A DNA stretch of 64,000 nt from Eledone cirrhosa (lineage: Eukaryota), in the NCBI GenBank assembly GCA_964016885.1, contig OZ024742.1, forward strand, positions 203,732,001-203,796,000. Reading direction: 5' to 3'. Positions 56,039 through 64,000 of the stretch are shown here, piece after piece. A model generated the notes under the pieces. It was not told the origin of the DNA. It did no database searches and worked only from the letters and a program-made list of their open reading frames with translations. Position numbers and translations under genes: made by a program. How positions within the stretch are numbered: the first letter of the stretch is position 1; the number at the start of each line of letters is the position of its first letter.

Positions 56039-57541
56039 TTTTAATAGAAATACTATTAACATTTCTTACTCTACGACTCCTAACCTTGCACATAACATTA
56101 CAGCTTCAAATTTAGCTAAACTAAAACCGTAGGAACACGTGCAACCCTGTAGTTAGTACTAACTGTAATTGTAGGAATCGGGTTGATTGCCCCCTATCCG
56201 GGAAATGCCTCTCTAGTAACATTGTCTACAAATGTAAGGTTGAAACACCCACGTCCCGTAGGGCCTACATAGGGTTAAACGCCAACAGATTCAAGCAGCG
56301 TCTTTACATGCATACCCATTCTTTTCGTTACCCTCTAAGAAGGAATATGACGTCACTTTCAGCTTATATCTGGAGTCTAAAAGACAACGACACCCAATAT
56401 AAGTTACACTGGGAGATCCTAGCTAGGGCTAGATCGTATAACGGAAATAAAAGACCATGTGACCTCTGCGCCGCTGAGGCCCTGGAAATATTCTACGCCA
56501 CAGACCACATTCTAACAAAAAATATGAGGCAATTTCGGCTTGTAAACATAAATTGCACAAAACATTCCTGTACTACAGCCCCACGTTATACCCTAACTGA
56601 TAGTATGATCTAAACGTGGATATTTTACGTCTTGATGTGGTAGCTAAGTATTTGTTTTGTTTATAGCATTACTTATTTGCATAGGTACGTATATATTACC
56701 TCTATGTTTTGTGAAGGTACGTATACTTTCTCGTACGTATATTTGATTGTATATGTTATGGCGTATAATTTTTTATATATTCTGGTACATATGGTTTGGT
56801 TATGTGTACACGGGAGTTTTGCGTCTGTGTGAGTATGCAGGTTCGTACGTATGTTGGGTGTGTGTATATGTGTACTTCATGTTTTGGTTGACTTACGTCT
56901 CCGAACATTTGTGTATTTACATGTAGGTATGTGTGTGCGCTTGTTATATACCTATTTATTTATTTATATACGTTTATTTAATTATTTATTTATTTGTATA
57001 CACGCACACACACACCTATTTATATGTGAGTGGTTTTCTATACCTATGGCAAGTGTTTTCGCGTATGCTTGTGTATGTACGTATTTGCATGCGTGTATGT
57101 ATTTATTTAATTTCTATTACCTCTGTATTGTATTTTATTTACTTTATTCTTACCTCTGAAGCGGAGATTCATTCGGTTTCCTAGTTAGAATTTTAGTCTA
57201 CGACTTCAGCTATACCATTTACGTGGTTTTGTCTTTGCGTGCAATTGTTCTCCACGCTCCACATACGACGTATTATCTTCGTTTTTTTCGTTCATTGCCA
57301 GAGAACGTCTCTATGAACCACCTAAGAGAACATTAGTCTACGACTTCTTTTATACAATAAACGTGGTTCTGTCTTTGCGCGTAATTGTTTTTCACCGCTC
57401 CTATTAATGACGTATTATATTCGTTTTTTCCCGTTCTTTGCCAGGGAACGTTTCCACGAACCAAAGTATCGTCTTCCTGTCTTCCTCCGGTTGCAACGTT
57501 TTTTGAAATATCCACTTCTGCGTTTACAGATTGACTTTGTT

Positions 57542-57592
57542 AGTTTCAGAAGATCCCGTTAAGGGTGAAAGCAGCGATTCTTTGCTTAAACT
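57542..57592 (+). ncRNA. Type I hammerhead-like motif with CAGAAGA (U4A) core
   Basis: AGUUU-CAGAAGA-u-CCC guuaa GGG-u-GAAA-GCAG cgauucu UUGC-UU-AAACU. Confidence 0.65.
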
Positions 57593-57694
57593 TTAATCTG
57601 TTAATTTAGTATATATATATATATATATACACATATCTTAAAAAATAAAACTACTGTGTTATTTTTCCCTAGACAGTATTCTTGCGTCCGCACG

Positions 57695-57742
<48 letters not shown>

Positions 57743-57748
<6 letters not shown>

Positions 57749-59217
57749 ATACTTTGGGAGGGTCATGTTGCCAATGAGAAACACACGCACCAGTTGCTTT
57801 CACTTCAATTTATTGTAATACATTTATAAATTTAGGAATTTATAAATTTCCGGTTGGTTGGTTCCACAACCAGATGGTTGTTTATATATTGTCAAAGTTC
57901 TTTCGTCACACATTATGTGACCTCTTCAGCGACTGGGGATTACTTTCTTTGTTTTTGTGCCTCTCCTTTGTTCTGTCCTACGCCATCTTGTTTCTGTGTG
58001 TGTGTTGTGTGGTTAGTCTGCGCATGCGCCACATCCGGGTGTCTGTGTGTGTTTATATTCGTTTATTTATTTGTTTGTTTACATGTTACAGGTTGGTTGT
58101 TTATTCTATGTGCGTGTGTGTTTTCATTTTGTCCTTAATTGTAAGTTGTGATGTTGCTGTTCCACTCATGTTTTCTATTTAACTTTGGTTGTAATTCTTT
58201 TATGTTTATTGTCTCTGTGATTTGTCTAAACATTGCGTCTTTTCTGTGTGTAGATTCTATTTTTATTTCTATGTTCTCTAATTTACCCTTATGTTCTATT
58301 TTAGCATGTTGGTAGAGTACAGATGATTCTTTACTATCTTGAAGGTCTTGCCAGTGTTCATTTATCCGTTCACCTACACTACGAGCTGTCTCACCTATGT
58401 ACACTATATTTTTGTCTCTACATTGTCCTTCAGTACATCTTATGCTATATACTACATTTCTAGTTTTACAGTTAATATGGGGGCTTAATTTACAGATTAT
58501 ACATTTCTTATCTATAGAGGGGGGTCTTTGAAAAGGGTATGTCTTGCTAATAAGTGTTTTTACGGAGGTACCTGGTCTTTCTACTATCTTAATTTAGTTT
58601 ATGTTTATCTAGAGCCCTTCTAAATTTGTAAGCTAATTCACCTCTAGGGGTTGTATCGATGAACATTACACTCTGGTTTTTATTGCTATCATACCATGTG
58701 TTTATTCTAATAGCCTTATTCCTAGTTCTTTCTATTCTATTCCAAAATTTGCTCCTATACAAGGGGCAGGTCCCATTTGTGTCATTATTTACCATTTTTT
58801 CCCATTTGGTTCTGGCTCCTGTATACACTCTGATTTTATCTCTCTGATTGTAACCAGAGAACTGCATACGGTGGATGAAGTGTTGTATGTGTCTCTCTAG
58901 TCCTTCGGGGTTGCACATGCGGGACACGTTTCTCATCACCCGTACCAAATCCGCAATCAGTATGTTGATTTTGGTATGGTCTGAAACAGGTAAGTTTCGG
59001 GGGATCAGATATTTGGAAGTCATGGGTTTGGCATAATGGGAATGGAGGATTTGTTTTTTGAGGATTTGAGAACAGTCAGGAATTAGAGAAAAACACAATG
59101 GAAAGCATCCAGCAAATAGCTAACTCCATCCACCAGAGTATTAGAGTTACTATAGACTACCCAAGTAAACACCCGAACCATCGATTACCTGTACTAGACA
59201 CAGAGCTCTGGTTAGAT

Positions 59218-59222
<5 letters not shown>
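57743..59222 (-). mobile_element. PLE (same family as 34498-36590) with 5' inversion
   Basis: The minus strand encodes HYAKPM..RMQFSGY..MYIGETARS and carries an HHR at 57891-57934. The plus segment ~59075-59222 encodes the upstream RT piece [20 protein letters not shown]. Confidence 0.88.
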
Positions 59223-59313
<91 letters not shown>

Positions 59314-59325
59314 CATATATACATA

Positions 59326-60192
59326 CAGCGTGCGGACGCAAGAATACTGTCTAGGGAAAAATAACACAGTAGTTTTATTTTTTAAGATATGTTTATCAAA
59401 CTTGAGTCAGTTTGACTTCATAACTTGTTCTTTCGATCTCACTCGATACACCCGCCATTGGCTTTGATGACGGCCTCGGAACCGGCTACAGGCCTTCGTC
59501 ACTGTCCCCCGACTTAGGCCCCTAAAGGCACTTGTGATCCTGGCCTTCAGATCGTCTTTCGTATTGCAGCTAGATCTGTTGGTGTCTCGTTCCACTGAAC
59601 CCCACACAAAGAAGTCAAGGGGGTTGCAGTCAGGCGAGCTGGGAGGCCAGATGTCAGGTGAAGTGTGGTCGACGAAGTTCTCTGACAGCCAGGATAGGGT
59701 CTTTCGGCTGGTATGACAGGGCGCTGAGTCTTGCTGCCACACGTACGGTCTACCTGCAGCTACCTGGTCGATCCAGGGCTTTACTACCTTGCTCAGAACG
59801 CGGATGCAGCCATCGGTGTTCAGCTTGAGGCCCTCAGGGAAGAAATGAGGTGACATGACGTCACTTTGATTGCTGACGACACCTAAGACCAATGTTGTCG
59901 CTGGAAACTTTGTTTGCATGACTCTGGGCACGTCTTTGGATGAGACAGCGAGCCACCTGTTGTTCCGGGAGTTTCTGAAATTTCCTTATTTGTCCTCCCG
60001 GCGCAGATTCCAAGAAGAACTCAGTGTCTCTTCCACAAATCTGGAGGTTCAAAATTATTCATAATCAATTATTCTGAAAATAAATAATGAAAATATAGTC
60101 ACTGTTTTTATGAAGACAAGAGTGACAACGGAAGTAAAAAAAAATTGCATAAAATTAGCAGTTCAGAATTGCGAACAAATATCGTCCACACC

Positions 60193-60195
<3 letters not shown>
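59326..60195 (-). mobile_element. Internally deleted DD37D (maT-type) DNA transposon
   Basis: TIRs cagcgtgcggacg / cgtccacaccctg with TA flanks. In QQDSAPCH...WPPSSPDCNPLD there are 37 residues between the last two catalytic Asp. The N-terminus is missing. Confidence 0.88.
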
Positions 60196-60234
<39 letters not shown>

Positions 60235-60283
60235 TTAGGTTTGTTGGTTCACCACTGGATAGAACAGGTCATTCCGTATGGTC

Positions 60284-60346
60284 AATCCTGATGATATCAC
60301 CGGATTCATATGGAATGGAACTCGGTCATTGAAATGATCATAGTAT
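60284..60346 (+). ncRNA. Partly decayed type I hammerhead
   Basis: CUGAUGA, an imperfect stem II, GAAA and palindromic AUGAUCAU-A. Stem I is weak. Confidence 0.45.
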
Positions 60347-60397
60347 AATAAACCTTTCAAGGATTTACACCAGTCCAGCCTCCTGTTATTTTATTTC

Positions 60398-60439
<42 letters not shown>

Positions 60440-60458
60440 ACACACATATATATATATA

Positions 60459-60572
<114 letters not shown>

Positions 60573-60904
60573 TATATATATATTTCGTTTACGTTGCCTG
60601 GTTTGGTATGTAACTGGGTGTGTGATCCAGTCATTTAGATTAGCAGACCGTAATCAATTAAGCAAAAGTACTCGATATTATAAGTATCTTCTACCATAAA
60701 TATCGTATCTCGTGGTTACACAGTTAAATACTTCAATGAAAATATGAAAATCCGGCCTTCTCATTTATCCATTGAAGTATAATATATATATCAAGTGTGG
60801 TAGTTTGCTTGAGGTGTTATGGAATATGAGTTACAAATAAGTTTGGTTATTTGGAAGCCCGACAATGCGTGTTAGGTAATATATATATATATATATATAT
60901 ATAT

Positions 60905-61035
60905 TTAACGAAGGAAGTGTGGTAAGGAACCAGGTGGACCATAACGAACCAGAGTACTCGATACTTTGGGTAGTAAAGTCCAGACATAGCCGTCGAAACG
61001 GCGTGAGCTCTGCCGTCGGTGTCCTGAACCTTTAT
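60905..61035. mobile_element. Half-HHR mini-insertion with inversion
   Basis: Homologous to 27288-27440 and located in (TA)n. Confidence 0.75.
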
Positions 61036-61044
61036 GTATATATA

Positions 61045-61114
<70 letters not shown>

Positions 61115-61198
61115 AAAGGTAAACAGAAATAACAACACAATCGGTACAGTATATGGAAGGTATATATTAGGTTAACGCTTGATATAACAGGAAGAGGG

Positions 61199-61234
61199 TC
61201 TTAACGTTTCGCACGATAGTCCTTCATCAGAAGA
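61199..61234 (-). ncRNA. Minimal type I hammerhead in a PLE-like terminal fragment
   Basis: UCUU-CUGAUGA-a-GgAC uauc GUgC-GAAA-CG-UU-AAGA. Palindromic ACGU stem III and one stem II mismatch. Confidence 0.6.
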
Positions 61235-61419
61235 AAGAATGAAAAATAAAATAGATTGAGGAGACGGGCGGGTTGGAATTGGAAAAATGTCTTTAGATAA
61301 AAATAACAGGTCCATTTATGTTGACATCTCTTGCAAAACTGTTGGTGCTGGCGTTTTGTGTATGATTTGTTTTTTTAGAAAAGTGGATGATGGTAGGCGT
61401 TTACCACATATATATATGC

Positions 61420-61471
<52 letters not shown>

Positions 61472-61656
61472 ACGATATTAACAAATGGAAACTATATTTA
61501 TAAAACCATATTTATTTCATTATACATATTTCAAGGACACCAAGTTAAATTAAAGTGTGCTTTCATTAGACAAAATATAATATAGATTAGTTTTATAAAT
61601 ATATATTGACATACCCTTAAAAAATGCAACCATTACTGTTGGAAGCTCCCGGATAG

Positions 61657-61704
<48 letters not shown>

Positions 61705-61896
61705 TTTTTGAGTATATGTTTGTTGTTTACCGACACCTCAGTCTGCAGATTGGAGCACTCGACAAAGTACGCAGGTTGGTTTGTATACTCCGGAGTAATG
61801 TAAAATAAAATAAGTAAATCAAATATATAAAATTTGGCTTCGTTTATTATAAATTATTATATATAGGCCAATAGGGGGTGAATATATAGGCTAATT

Positions 61897-62080
61897 AGGG
61901 CGATGAATTGGCAGTATTGGCAGAGGGTCAGACGTGCTTTCCAGCGTAGTTACGTCTCTTTACGATCTGAGTTCAAATCCCGCCGAGGTTAACTTTGCCT
62001 TTGATCCTTACAAAGTCGATAAAATAAAGTACCAGTAATACACTGGTTAATTGCTGGCCTTGTGCCAAAAGTAGAAACTA
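61897..62080 (+). mobile_element. tRNA-derived SINE family A
   Basis: Full-length homologue sitting inside a small inverted repeat (61819-61855 / 62135-62171). Confidence 0.85.
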
Positions 62081-62185
62081 TTATATATAGGCCAATAATA
62101 GCTGTCACCGAAATATATATAGCTATAAATTTACAATTTATAATAAACGAAGCCAAATTTTACATATTTGACATACTTATTTTAT

Positions 62186-62236
<51 letters not shown>

Positions 62237-62237
<1 letters not shown>

Positions 62238-62584
62238 TGTCAACTCTGGATGTCGGTGAGCATGTCCAGCCAACCTCAGTCTCCTCTGTGTCACTTTTGA
62301 GCTGACTTTTGGGATGCTCCCATACAACTCTGAGTTTTTCATCCTCAGTGTATACTGATTAATGTTCAGAGCCATCCTCAGCATTCTCGTGTAGCACCCA
62401 TCATGTAGCCCCATCATGTAGCCCCTACATGGACACACTAGACGAGGAAGACCAAGGTTAATATATGTTGATGCCCTAAGGACAGACACTGGTCTGTTGG
62501 AGATGCAGGATATGGCAGCGATAATGAGGGACAGAGACCGCTGGAGAGAACTCGTCCATGGATCTCGGGAATTTTACCCGCCTT

Positions 62585-62586
<2 letters not shown>
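62237..62586. mobile_element. RTE-type LINE 3' end with 5' inversion (same family as 25438-25830)
   Basis: Minus arm DGCYTRMLRMAL...HRHPELT and plus arm [13 protein letters not shown]...FYPP*, followed directly by (AT)n. Confidence 0.85.
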
Positions 62587-62994
<408 letters not shown>

Positions 62995-63139
62995 ACACAA
63001 GCTGAAACCACTGCGTTCGGGATTTTACCTTTCTATATATCTATATAATGAAAAATATACATCTGTATACATACACGGTGCCATTACCTCTTTTGACAAC
63101 AAACGGGTAATCTCTACGAACGAAAGGCCAGCTGCATGA

Positions 63140-63555
63140 TGCCTATGTGCAATGCTGCATGGTAGTGAGATATGGGCAGTGAATGTAGAAGATATGTGAA
63201 GGCTGGATAGAAATAAAGGAAGCATGCCTCGATGGATGTGCAATGTTAAGCTGCGTGAACGACAAAGCAGGGTAGCGTCGAAAAAAAAGAAAAAACTGGG
63301 TATAAGAAGAATCTGATATAGTGTGCAAGAGAGGCAACTGCTGGTATAGACTGGTGATGCATATGGATGAACGTTGAGTGTTGAAGTGCCTAGAATTCCC
63401 AGTGGAAGGAAGCTGCAGTAGAGAAAGTCTATAGAGGACGGGAATGAAGGTGGTGAGAGGTGATCTTAAATCATTGAACCTCAAAGTCAGATATAAAAAG
63501 AACCGTAAAATCATGGAAAAGAGAACGTAAAATAATGAAGATGATGATGATGCTA
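63140..63555 (+). mobile_element. Decayed RTE LINE 3' end
   Basis: MLHGSEIWAVNVED..RWMCNV..LGI remnants and a (GAT)n tail. Confidence 0.65.
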
Positions 63556-63724
63556 AAGAACGGAGGTAGACGAGGTTACATAAATGTGTGTATAAATTTA
63601 TACATTTTTGGTATATGGACATATAGAGTAAAAATGTATAAATTTATATACACGTGTATGTAGTCTCGGTTAGCTCTATTTAGTATATGGACATATAGAC
63701 TTCGAAAAATATATTGCAGCCGCT

Positions 63725-63945
63725 ATTTCATGCCATAAAAACTGGTGACGGGTCTATAACCAGTACTTGGATGTGTGGGATGGACGCAAAATGATTGTAT
63801 AGCCTGCGACCCTAAAGATGGGTATCCAGCCGGATCAGTTAGAAACGGTTGCTTCTGACAGGACCCGCTGAAAGAGGTGTTCAAGAACTCTGCTCCTACG
63901 ACCCTACCAAGAAGAAGAAGAAGAAGAAGAAGAAGAAGAAGAAGA
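63725..63945 (+). mobile_element. RTE-like LINE 3' end with (GAA)n tail
   Basis: GIQPDQLETVASDRT.. resembles the C-terminus at 19710-19895. Confidence 0.6.
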
Positions 63946-64000
63946 CATAAAGGCATGCCAAATAAATGAATTCCCCTGCAAATTGAAAAAAAGATAAATA

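Larger units (their letters stand above)
54722..57610 (+). mobile_element. 5'-truncated Naiad-type PLE with TG/TA-rich 3' UTR and terminal HHR
   Basis: FTLKDHK, QFDINNYYSSI, FDVSMGASDSAEV, LYRDDGL, WYNPPY, CNCRNRVDCPLSGKC, AYIG..FKQR and CDLC. Frameshifted and interrupted by a SINE. Confidence 0.9.

Noticed and set aside
56160-56650. Selenoprotein-type Naiad (UGA-Sec plus SECIS)
   Set aside because: Zn-finger positions are Cys codons in the Naiads at 36945-38340 and 54722-57610. The ATGA...TGAT hairpin near 56605-56636 lacks a proper helix II and apical AA.

Overview
Eukaryotic, repeat-saturated DNA. The SINE families resemble ones I recall from octopod cephalopods, so the host assignment is inference only. 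No complete host gene is visible; there are only a few candidate exons. Main contents: (1) an ~11.3 kb C-rich 24-bp minisatellite (5605-16873) that explains almost all of the long ORFs; (2) many Penelope-like retroelements (PLEs, Naiad-type and others), nearly all inserted into (TA)n tracts as inverted or palindromic structures, including a ~12 kb nested inverted duplication (29899-41800); (3) RTE-type LINE ends with 5' inversions, two R4/Dong LINEs in a (TAA)n tract, a mariner, a DD37D maT element with a derived MITE, and tRNA-derived SINEs. The most striking signal is at the RNA level. Hand-folding finds roughly 20 complete or near-complete hammerhead ribozyme (HHR) motifs at PLE ends, plus several half-motifs. 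These include a non-circularly permuted (strand-scrambled, pseudoknotted) HHR with covariation in three copies, a family-fixed CAGAAGA (U4A) core variant, U3-A8 compensatory cores, and a 319-nt retrozyme-like unit with a target-site duplication. All folds were derived by eye and none is experimentally tested.
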